From: Octopus vulgaris
Lineage: Eukaryota
Direction: 5' to 3'
Assembly: GCA_951406725.2 (NCBI GenBank)
Contig: OX597831.1
Coordinates: 54,746,001 to 54,810,000 of the forward strand
Length of the DNA stretch: 64,000 nucleotides
Below, in pieces: positions 53,056 to 64,000 of the stretch. Position numbers and translations under genes: made by a program. Under the pieces are notes generated by a model that was not told the DNA's origin, ran no database searches, and saw nothing but the letters and a program-made list of their open reading frames with translations. Position 1 is the stretch's first letter, and each line of letters starts with the position of its first letter.

Positions 53056-53064
<9 letters not shown>
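51548..53064 (+). repeat. Near-identical partial tandem duplication, period ~879 bp
   Basis: ~51548-52184 repeats at ~52425-53064 (identical ORF text in the track). Ends at a (TA)n complex. Confidence 0.92.
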
Positions 53065-53098
<34 letters not shown>

Positions 53099-53208
53099 AT
53101 AGATAGATAGATAGATACATATATATATATATATATATATATATCTATATATATATATATATACATCTATATATCTATATATATATATCTATCTATCTAT
53201 CTCTCTCT

Positions 53209-53247
<39 letters not shown>

Positions 53248-53344
53248 ATATATATATCTATATATATCTATATCTATATATATATATATATATATATATA
53301 TCTGTCTATATACATATCTATCTATATGCATATATATCTATATA

Positions 53345-53430
<86 letters not shown>

Positions 53431-53514
53431 TATATATCTATATACATATATATCTATATACATATCTATCTATCTATCTATCTATCTGGCTATCTATCTA
53501 TCTATTTATATATA

Positions 53515-55619
53515 GTGACGCATATTTGCCGTTTGAATATGGCTAAACCCTAAGGGTAGATGCTTCTGTAGTTTGTAGGATATTCGGCTACGCTCCAACT
53601 CTCCCGTCGCCCGTCACTTCCGTTTGGCCAACCATTCCCCCGGTGATATCTCTGTGTTTGGTCTCGCCCCACACAACGGACCTCCACAATCCAGGCTTCA
53701 CCTGGAACAACGATTTATTTTTAATTTACGGACTAATATCCCGCACGGACTTAACACAGCCCCCTCCTCTTAGTGACTACTTCTGCACCTCCCGCAACAA
53801 GCAACTTTATTTCTTCTTTCTTCTCTTTTCTTTTTTTCATTTTCTTTCCTTACGTGCAATTACGTATTTTTTATTGTTTTATTATTTTGTTTTTTTATTG
53901 CTTTTAATTTTATTGTTTTTATAAATTATTGTTTTTATACACGAACACATACACACACATACTCACTTACCCACGAACACACACATACCTCCCACACACC
54001 ACACACATACAACATACATACATGCACATATACGCACACATACTTCCACACACGCATACATACACATATACACACACCCACATACACCCAAGCGCACACA
54101 CATATGCGCGTACACGTACACACACGTACACACACAGGAATGCACAGAAACCTATCCCACCCAACCCCACGCACACACAGACACACACACATGAACGTAC
54201 ACACAACCACATACACGCACATACTCAAGCAAACGCGCGTACACACAATAAAATGAACACAACCTGACACACATCTCCACGATCACACACACGCACACAA
54301 CCTGATACACGTCTCCACGTTCTAACACACACATATACACACACACGCACATACACGCACATACATACGCACATAATACACGCACAGACACATATACACA
54401 CGTACATACACACACACCAGCACAGATTCCCACATATACCTCCAACAAACAATACTCATACAGATACGCACACAATTATACACACATAGGCACAGATACA
54501 CACGCACATACACCACGTAAGCACACACACGCACACAAGCGAACGCACATTATGCCTACGCAACTCCCCCCCCCACACACACACGCATACACAAATTCTC
54601 ATACACACTTATACATATACATACACACAATATATGCCTACACGCGCACTCACACATACACATATAGACACACACACACACACACGCACACAAAAACATG
54701 CACACACATACGCACGCACACACGCACACGAATGCACACACCCAACACTCAACACTCAACCCCACGGATACACGTATATACACCCACATATGCTTACACA
54801 CACACACACAACTACACGCACATACGACACGCACGCACATACATACACATACAAATGAACCCACACATACATCCCATACACACAACACACAATTATACAT
54901 ACGCACACACAATTATACATACATGTGGACACACATACGCACGTACAAGCACACACGCACACATACACAAAGTAAATCATAGTTATTCGCCACACACACA
55001 AACTCTACGCATACACACACGAACACACACATACATACACACACACACACACACGCACACACTACAAACAAAACACAAACACAGTACATATACATACACG
55101 CACACACACATACTTCAAACTAGCAGTACCTCCCACTGATCATGGGTAGACACAAGAGCCACTCCTAATTCCTTCTTCCTTGACCTTAAACAATACTAAG
55201 CCCTACAACACACATAGATTTACAGCCACAACCACACACACATACACACACGCACACACACACGTGTTATCATTGACCACATACACACATACACACACAC
55301 GCACACGCAGACCTTTGCGCACGCACACATCCACACTTACACACACATACCTCCTCTTGCACTCTCCTATCTTTGAAAGAACTTTTCTTCAGCTATTTCC
55401 TTCCGGTCATTCAAAATGTGACCGCGTGTGTACCGTTCGCGATTTTTTCCCTCCGTCTTCCTTTCTCTGGATCTTTCCTTTTCCTATGTTTCTGACGAAG
55501 AGCTCAGCTCGAAACGTAAAACCCTCCTTCTTCCCTTCCTTCCTGAGCGTCCAATAATACTATATTTGTTCCACGTCCTCGCGTTGTTGTGTTTTCTCTT
55601 TGTGTTTTCATGTTTGGAT

Positions 55620-55625
<6 letters not shown>
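53515..55625 (+). mobile_element. ~2.1 kb non-coding pLTR-like/PLE 3' unit: cryptic CA-rich body ending in family H1 tail
   Basis: Bounded by (TA)n on both sides. Irregular AC-rich tract at 53935-55350. The 3' 190 bp is homologous to 14880-15105. Unity of the whole segment is inferred. Confidence 0.55.
55488..55522 (+). ncRNA. Minimal type-I hammerhead ribozyme, canonical core
   Basis: GTTT-CTGACGA-A-GAGC TCA GCTC-GAAA-CG-TA-AAAC: 4-bp stem I, 4-bp stem II, palindromic ACGT stem III, GUA cleavage triplet. Confidence 0.85.
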
Positions 55626-55661
<36 letters not shown>

Positions 55662-55664
<3 letters not shown>

Positions 55665-55856
55665 TGCCCACCGGATGCTCCAAATCACATAGGCAAGTTT
55701 GAAGATTGCCTCACAAGAATTAAAGAAATCCTCATGAATCTGGAACACCACGTGACCATATTTCTTATCGGTGATTTCAACTTCCCCAACGTCAAAAGGC
55801 CCGAAGGTCTCATACTCTCAGGAATGAATCATTGCAAGCAAGTACAGGTGGAGTCC
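55662..55856 (+). mobile_element. CR1/L2-like AP endonuclease fragment
   Basis: YCPPDAP..FEDCL..IFLIGDFNFPNV. Confidence 0.68.
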
Positions 55857-56708
55857 AAGTTATATCTTGATATCGCTAGTGATAACAATACTCAAAATAT
55901 ATAACAGACTGGAATTGTAGGCCCGTCTCTTGCAATTTCGATCAATTGGATCTTGTCCTCCCTCTTGTATAGAAGTGTACGGCTGCAGCGAAATTCATTT
56001 TTGGACTTTCTTCTATCGAAGGCATTTTAACAAAAATGCTTCCGTAAAGACGGTGAAAATATTGTCAATTTCCCCAAATAGGGACACAATTCAATTTTTA
56101 AACAATAACCAAAGCCCCTTCTCCAAAAGGGGGAGGGTTACGGTTTACAATTATTTAACAAATGCAGCACAATAACGTTTCCCTGACGAGGAACCAACAA
56201 ATGTGATTACAATAGTCAAACAGTAATAATAATAACAACAAACCTTTTTAATTTATCCCCATTTATGTGAAACCACTTATTCAAGTTCAAGTCATTAATG
56301 CAATTTTATACGAATTGCTAATACCCCCCCCCCACACACACACAATAAGGGTGAAAAAATGAATATTAATTTGATTAATATGAATTGAAAACCAGTGGTG
56401 TAGCATATAAGACCATAGCGAATCTTCTAGCAAAATGGATGACCAGTGTTAATGGTTCATCTTTGTTTTATAATACTTTCACTTTAATAGTTTCACTTTT
56501 AAAATGAAAGTGTCTGCATTACAATAGAGAGATGGTTTTGTTTCACTTTTAACACGTAATACTGAAATAGTGGAGAAGATATGATATTGCCGTGGGGTCG
56601 CGCTAGGGAAAAAGTTAAATTTTTTTTTGCCGATGACACTCCCCGGACCTTAAGTAAGGCATGTGTAAAATATACATACATACATACATACATACATACA
56701 TACATACA

Positions 56709-56739
<31 letters not shown>

Positions 56740-56939
56740 CCTTATATAAACTGCGAGGCGCAATATAATACCAAAAAGGAATAATTTAACTGTCACTAAT
56801 AGGGACTGAGGGCGCCACACTAGCTACATTGCTAGAAATAAGAGTTAAAAACTATTAATGCTGTCATTGTGTGTGTGTGCGTGTGTGTGTGTCTGTGCGT
56901 GCGTGTGTGTGTGTGTGTGTGTGTGTATTTATGTGAGTT

Positions 56940-57150
56940 TAAGTCTGTGTTTGTTCTCTTGCCTTCACTTGACAACCGATGTTAGTGTGTGTATATTCCT
57001 GTAACTTAACGTTTCGGCAAAAGACACCAATGGAATAAGTACTTGGCCTACAAAGAATAAGTCCTAGGATCAATTTCTTTGACTAAAACCCTTTTAAGGC
57101 GGTGCTCCAGCATGACCGCAGTGAAATGACTGAAACAAGTAAAAAAATAA
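56940..57150 (+). mobile_element. SINE family C 3' half
   Basis: CTTGACAACCGATG..AAGGCGGTGCTCCAGCATGACCGCAG..TGACTGAAACAAGTAAA. Confidence 0.8.
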
Positions 57151-57179
57151 AAGTATAAAAACACGTAGACCACAATACC

Positions 57180-57214
<35 letters not shown>

Positions 57215-58139
57215 ACTCCCTTTCTACTGTTAACGGTGCGAAATTTCGGAATGATTTTCCCAGTAGCATTTGCGCATCTGGCGACAATGTCTGGAGTTCG
57301 ACTCATTTTTATTAATATACACGATCAAATATCGATTGTTGATTGTGACGGTTATGTCCGGTTATGTCTCGACCAGTCATTACGCCCAGCTAGCTACGCA
57401 ACCAATCACTTTACAACGCATTCTAAAATGGAAGTCACTTCTGCCATTGCATATTTGTCAGGCAAATGAATTTCGGATATTATTGGCCACATCCCACTCG
57501 CTAAACTCAGTAAAATAACAAACTTTCGAATGTAAGTCTTTCATAGAAATCAATGTTTATTTCTCCTCGTCAATGCTTCAAACAGTCCTTTAGTACACTG
57601 ACATTCCTGTTTCACACCAATCTTGTTTAGAATGCGATTGAAGCTAATTATAATAAATTATCATATTAATAACCACACACACACACACACTCACACAAAA
57701 GAATCACGGTTCTTCCGTTTAGCTTTATCACGTTTATCACGTTTAAGGAATCGTGCATAGGTGCTGTAATTTGCAGAGGAAAACATGAATAAAGAGAGCG
57801 ATCTGATAATGTTTCAAATCCCCACCTACTTCTCACTAAACAAAGGTTAAGATCATCTACATGTGCCAAAGTCAAGTGTGCCACTGTAATATAGAAAAAC
57901 TAAAAGTACCCCTGTCGCCACTTGGACATTATCAATAGTAACAACAACTATTTTGATAATGAACTTAATAGTAATCACTCTTCCACCACCAAAGCATTCG
58001 GTAACACGAAGGGCGTACACGTGCTTGTATAACTTAACACAATTCCAGCCATTACAGTTTGAATGTTCAAAAATGTCCGGGATTTTTCTTACTCATTTTG
58101 TTTTTTAGTCTTCCCGTTGCGAAATAAAATTTGTTTCGA

Positions 58140-58480
58140 GTTTCGGCACAAGGCCAGAAATTTTAAGGGAGAGGTTAAGTCGATTACATTGACCGACCCC
58201 CAGCGTTCAACTGGCACTTTATTTTATTGAACTTGAAAGAGATGAAAGGCAAAGTCGACCCTAGCTTTTGAAATCAGAACGCAAAGTCGAAATAAATACC
58301 TATTTCTTTGCTACCCACTAGGGGCTAAACACAGAGAGGACAAACAAGGACAGACAAACGGATTAAGTCGATTATATCGAACCCAGTGCGTAACTGGTAC
58401 TTATTTAATCGACTCCGAAAGGATGAAAGGCAAAGTCGACCTCGGCGGAATTTGAACTCATTTCGGCCGGCGTTGTAACG
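58140..58480 (-). mobile_element. SINE family D dimer, degraded
   Basis: GATGAAAGGCAAAGTCGACC occurs twice, with the GGGGCTAAACACAGAG linker. Confidence 0.8.
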
Positions 58481-58699
58481 TTTCTCGTTGCCATGTAATT
58501 ATAGTTTCACATTTTGACACAAAGCTAGATATTTCAGGGAAGAGTTTAATCGATTAACTTGACCACATTGAATTTTTATCGATCTCAGAAGGAAGAAAAG
58601 CAAAGTTGGATTCGGAGGGGTTTGGATTTAGAATATAAAGAGCAGGGACAAACACTACAAGACATTTTGTCTGGTACTCTAACGCTTTTACCAATCCGC

Positions 58700-59195
58700 A
58701 TGATGACGACTACGACGACGACGACGACGACGACGAAGAAGAAGAAGAAGAAGAAGAAGAAGAAGAAGAAGAAGAAGAAGAAGAAGAAGAAGAAGAAGAA
58801 GATGATGATGAAGATGAAGAAGAAGAAGAAGAAGAGGAGGAGGAGGAGGAGGAGGAGGAAGAAGAAGAAGATGATGATGATGATGAAGAAGGTGGAGGAG
58901 GAGGAGGAGGAGGAGGAAGAAGAAGAAGGGGAAGAAGAAGAAGTAGAAGATGATGATGATGAAGAAGGTGGAGGAGGAGGAGGAGGAGGAGGAAGAAGAA
59001 GAAGGGGAAGAAGAAGAAGATGATGATGATGATGAAGAAGGTGGAGGAAGAAGAAGAAAAAGAAGGAGGAAGAAGAAGAAGAAGGTGGAGGAAGAAGAAG
59101 AAGAAGAAGAAGAAGAAGAAGAAGAAGAAGAAGAAGAAGGAGGAAGAAGAAGAAGAAGAAGAAGAAGAAGAAGGAGGAAGAAGAAGAAGAAGAAG
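58700..59195. repeat. Compound (GAC)/(GAA)/(GAT)/(GAG) triplet array
   Basis: ~500 bp purine-rich triplets with a recurring GATGATGATGAAGAAGGTGGAGG superunit. Confidence 0.95.
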
Positions 59196-59553
59196 TGTTC
59201 ATCATTAGTCACAGGAGCTCATGCATAAAGACAAAGTTATATCGAAACCGAGGGTATGACGGCGGTGGGGGTAGGGACGTTTGCACAATGAACATCTTGA
59301 GAATTCGATAGAAATTAAAAGAGTGAATAAATATGAAATTATCTAAACCATACGATAACTGAGGGAAGATATAATTTAAACAATAAAAACACAAATTGAC
59401 ACATGCGATTGAGAATTCGCTTGGTGGCACACTACTCTTTACGCCCACCCATCATTCGTATTGAAACTGGACGCACCTTACGGTACCATAAGTATTTGAA
59501 TGCGTGTATGAGTGTGTGTGCGTGTGTGCGTGTGTGCGTGTGTTTGTGAGCGT

Positions 59554-59603
<50 letters not shown>

Positions 59604-59671
59604 GATCATGAGCTTGCTCTCATCGCTAACACTACCCCCAACAGGCAATGCACGGCTGACACAAAAGTGCC

Positions 59672-60111
59672 GGATCTTTTCGGTTTGAACGGCAGTTTTT
59701 TAAAAATAATTTCCACGTAACTAAACACGTTTAAATTTCGTATACTGGTAGAATGTGTTTATAAAACATCTTTTTCTCTTGGCTTTATTGAGAAATTCTA
59801 TAGTTTGTAAGATATTTGTTGTTTTTTTTTTCTTCAATTTCTGCAATTTCAATCAATCAATGACGTCTATTGAGGTAAAAAAAAAACATTCTGTGTCGTA
59901 TGAATATGTCCCTCGTTTAAGAAACAGATTGGGTTTATTTACATTTGTGAAGAAAAAAATATACCCTTCCCCCTACCCCTTACCCAAACCCTAACTAACC
60001 CTAACCCTAAAACAGATTGAAATGCAATTGATCGATACTAGGTTCATAATTATGGGTGACAATTTCATATGACACCGCTAGAAAAAACTGCCGTTCAAAC
60101 CGAAAAGATCC
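59672..60111. mobile_element. MITE with 30-bp TIRs and an 8-bp TSD (Merlin- or MULE-like)
   Basis: TIR GGATCTTTTCGGTTTGAACGGCAGTTTTTT, perfectly inverted at the right end. Flanks AAAGTGCC / AAAATGCC. Confidence 0.88.
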
Positions 60112-60429
60112 AAAATGCCACCCTCATAAAAGCGTCACTCGAAGCAAAGTACCCCCGTTGCATTCCCTACTAACTACGTTACTGCTGAGGACGAGACGAT
60201 ATCTTCCACTATTTCCGGAGCTTCAACTGGAGGAGTTACAGGAACAGCAACCGAGTCATATTCACAATTCCCTTGCTTTTGACAACAAAAGTAAAAAATA
60301 AAAATTTTGCTTTTTTTCTTCGTTGAAATTTTGGCTAATTCTCTGTCATGCATTTCTTCTCTTGCACTTTTTAAAATTATATGCATCGGTGTTATTTTGT
60401 TTACAGGGTTTCCGTTTTTCTTCTTTCTT

Positions 60430-61780
60430 GCGTGGCACCTTGGCCAAGTGCCTTCTACTATAGTCTCGGGCCGACCAAAGCCTTGTAAATGGATTTGGTA
60501 GACGGAAACTGAAAAAGTCCGTCGTATATATATATGTCTGTGTGTCTGTGTGTGTGTGTGTATGTATATGTCTGTGTGTCTGTGTTTGTCCCCCCAACAT
60601 CGCTTGACAACCGATGCTGGTGTGTTTACGTCCCCGTCACTTAGCGGTTCAGCAAAAGAGACCGATAGAATAAGTACTAGGCTTACAAAGAGTAAGTCAT
60701 GGGGTCGATTCTCTCGACTAAAGGCGGTGCTCCAGCATGGCCACTGTCAAATGACTGAAACAAGTAAAAGAGTAAAAGAGTAAAAGTACATTCTTAGTCA
60801 CCGTGCTTGAAAGCCTGATGACAGTTGACATTTCTTTGTGGGAAATAAAATATTTTTTCCTCTCAAACAGAAGAAAAATGCTTGTGATAAAAGCCTAAGA
60901 CACTTACTTCCCAACCACGAGTTTTAGGGTTCAGTTCTGCTGTGCGGCACCTTAAGCAAGTGTTTTTTACTATGGCCCCGGGTCAACCAGTGTGTGAGTG
61001 GGTGAATTTGGCAGACGGAAACTGTATGGAAGTTCATCGAATATGTGTGTGTGCGCGCGCGCATGTCCTGTGATTGTGCTGTGTTTGTCCCCCACTACCG
61101 CTTAACAACCGGTGTTGGTTTGTTTACGTCCCCGTAACTTAGCGGTTTGGTGAAAAGAGAACGATTGAGTAAGTACCAGATTTTTTTTTAAAATTATGTA
61201 TTGGGATTGATTTGATGGAATATAAGTCCTTCGAGGAGATGCCCCAACATGTTTGCTGTCCAGTGACTGAAACGAGTAAAAGGCGAAAGCTTAGCATGAA
61301 ATCCGAGGAAGTTTTTGAAATCATCACACGAGACATATGTAGTATATATGACTGTGCAACAAAGCTACTACAACAACAGCAACAATAGGCGCAGGAGTGG
61401 CTGTGTGGTAAGTAGTTTGCTAACCAACCACATTGTTCCAGGTTCAGTCCCACTGCGTGGCACCTTGGGCAAGTGTCTTCTGCTATAGCCCCGGGTCGAC
61501 CAATGCCTTGTGAGTGGATTTGGTAGACGGAAACTGAAAGAAACCTGTCGTATATATGTATATATATATATGTATGTGTGTGGGTGTCTGTGTTTGTCAC
61601 CCTAGCATTGCTTGACAACCGATGCTGGTGTGTTTACGTCCCCGTCACTTAGCGGTTCGGCAAAAGAGACCGATAGAATAAGTGCTGAGCTTACAAAGAA
61701 TAAGTCCCGGGGTCGATTTGCTCGACCAAAGGCGGTGCTCCAGCATGGCCGCAGTCAAATGACTGAAACAAGTAAAAGAG
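60430..61780 (+). mobile_element. Cluster of three SINE family C copies (60430-60786, ~60890-61285, 61387-61780)
   Basis: Each matches 16945-17358. The first is 5' truncated, the second diverged, the third full length. Confidence 0.88.
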
Positions 61781-61807
61781 AATAATATTAATTGCTTCTA
61801 ATACAGA

Positions 61808-63312
61808 TTTCAAATTTTGGCACAAGGCCAACAATTTTAAGGGAGCGGTAAGTCGATAATATCGACGCCAATGTTCAACTGGTACTTATTTTATTGACCC
61901 TGAAAGGATGAAAGGCAAAGTCGGCCTCGGCAGAATTTGAACTCAGAACATCAAGACGGGCGAAATACGCAAAGCATTTTGCCTGGCGTTCTAACGATTC
62001 TGACAGCTCGCCGCCTTAATTGCTTCTAATATAGGCACAAGACCAGCAATTTTAAGAGGATGCCGTTGATCGATACTGTTGACCCCAGTACTTGACAAGT
62101 GCTTTATTCTGTAGAACCCATAAGGATGAAAGGTAAAATTGACATCGGCTGTATTTGACATCGGCTGTATCGAAGTGCAGAGTGCTGGAATGAATGTTGC
62201 AAGATAGTTTGTTCAACGCTTTAACGATTCTTCCAATCTACTTACCTACTAAAAACAATAATCCTTTGTAGGCCTGAAATTTGGCGGGAGGGGTTTAGTC
62301 GAAATGTAAATTTGACCTCGGTAAGATTTGAACCCTGAACGCAAAGACAGACGAAATGTCGCTAAGCATTTTGTCCCATGCCTATCAACAACAATAATAA
62401 AAGTTTCTGGTTTAGACGCATGTCCAGAATAATTGTTGAAAGACTTAGTCAATTCCATCGACCCTGCGTACTTGACAGTAGGGAAGTACTTGACTGGAGG
62501 TCAGTGGTATCTGAAGTCAGTGGTATCTAGCGCATGACTGAGTGGTTAGAGCGTCGAGCTTACGATCGTGAGGTTGTGAGTTCGAATCCCGGACTGGGCT
62601 GCGTGTTGTGTTCTTGAGTAAGACACTTTATTTCACGTTGCTCCATTTCACTCAGCTGTAGACATGAGTTACGACGTCACAGGTGCCAAGCTGTATTTGC
62701 TGTTGCCTTTCCCTTGGATAACACTGGTGGTGTGGAGAGAGGAGGCCGGTATGCATGGACGACTGCTGGTCTTCCATAAACAACCTCGCCCGGACTTGTG
62801 CCTGGGAAGGTAACTTTCTAGGTGCAATCCCACGGTCAGTCATGACCGAAGGGAGTCTCAGCAATCTGAAGTCAGAATGTAAAGATCTAGAAGAAATAAC
62901 GCATAGCTCTAACGATTCTGCCAACTCAGGCCCACCCTCATAGTTTCTAATCTAGGCTCAAAGTCAACAGTTTTGAGGGGAGACCCTGCAAAAACGAAAA
63001 GCAAAGTCGACCTCGGTGGAATTTGAACTCAGAATATGAGTCGGAAAAAATGCCGCAATGTATTTTGTCCAATGCGCCAGTGATTCTGGCAGTTTGCCAT
63101 TTCAAATTTTTGCACAAGACCGGCAATTTCAGAGAAGCGGGTAAAGTCGATTACATCGACCCCTGAACTCGACTGGAAGTTATTTTATCGACCCCGAAAG
63201 GGCGAAAGGCAAAGTTGACCTCGGCGGAATTTGAACTCAGAACGAAAAGATGAACGAAATACCGTTAAGCATTTCGCCCGGTGCACTAATGATTCTGCCA
63301 GCTCGTTACCTT
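61808..63312 (-). mobile_element. Array of co-oriented SINE family D monomers of differing divergence
   Basis: GGCACAAG..GTCGA..AAGGATGAAAGG..GAATTTGAACTCAGAA..TTCTGCCAGCTCG units at ~61808, 62030, 62270, 62950 and 63100. Confidence 0.78.
62521..62863 (+). mobile_element. tRNA-derived SINE (head A-like, tail W)
   Basis: AGTGGTTAGAGCGTCG..GAGTTCGAATCCCGG..GTGTTCTTGAGTAAGACACTT followed by a distinct 3' part. 12-bp TSD ATCTGAAGTCAG at 62509-62520 and 62864-62875. Confidence 0.85.
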
Positions 63313-63544
63313 AGCAATAGTAATAATAATATATTTGCTGAAAGGTTTGTAGTGAGAATGATTCGAGTAAATGTGACTATTCCCAGCATACGCCCGTAGG
63401 CCGGCGAGCATTAACACCGCATGTAGAGGGCATTTATCCTGGGTAGTGGTGGTAATACTGGATCTATGAGGTGCTTTGATTAGTGATAGTTAGCGTTTCC
63501 CTCTATTGGAAAGCTACGTCCTGTACCCATATGTACATACATAC

Positions 63545-63877
<333 letters not shown>

Positions 63878-64000
63878 CAACAATTGAGGGTAAAATTAAT
63901 TAATTATTAATCAATTTCACCAAGTGTTCAGTATGCAAAGGGACCATTTAAGGCGAATTCAAATTATTACATTATATAAAAGGGCTTAGTAAAATAAATT

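Noticed and set aside
56590-56653. Possible Kolobok-like terminus ending CCGGACC|TTAA
   Set aside because: No matching second TIR was found in the window.
60125-60285. Short open frames on both strands (e.g. VAVPVTPPVEAPEIVED)
   Set aside because: Short, with weak splice signals and no recognisable domain.

Overview
Eukaryotic, AT-rich, microsatellite-dense animal genomic DNA made almost entirely of interspersed repeats. The repeat make-up suggests a coleoid cephalopod such as Octopus, which is an inference and not proven. No intact host protein-coding gene can be supported, and most ORFs in the track are translations of (CA)n/(TA)n/(TACA)n/(GAA)n arrays. Recognisable content: several tRNA-derived SINE families built from shuffled modules; decayed Tc1/mariner elements (three DD37D/maT-type, one DD40D rosa-type, mariner fragments); MITEs; non-autonomous Helitrons; RTE, Tx1/L1-like and CR1/L2-like LINE fragments; gypsy and hAT fragments; and Penelope-like elements (PLEs). 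The most interesting signal, invisible in the ORF track, is nine minimal type-I hammerhead ribozyme motifs at seven loci (some with core substitutions, one truncated) from about five sequence families. They sit in short microsatellite-anchored pLTR-like units. Three loci carry inverted (fold-back) pairs, and two families have long extended stem II hairpins. A fourth fold-back has an ~29-copy 28-31 bp satellite exactly at its turn. Very long (45-75 bp) target-site duplications are also present. Coordinates were read by eye, so the ends of degraded elements are approximate.
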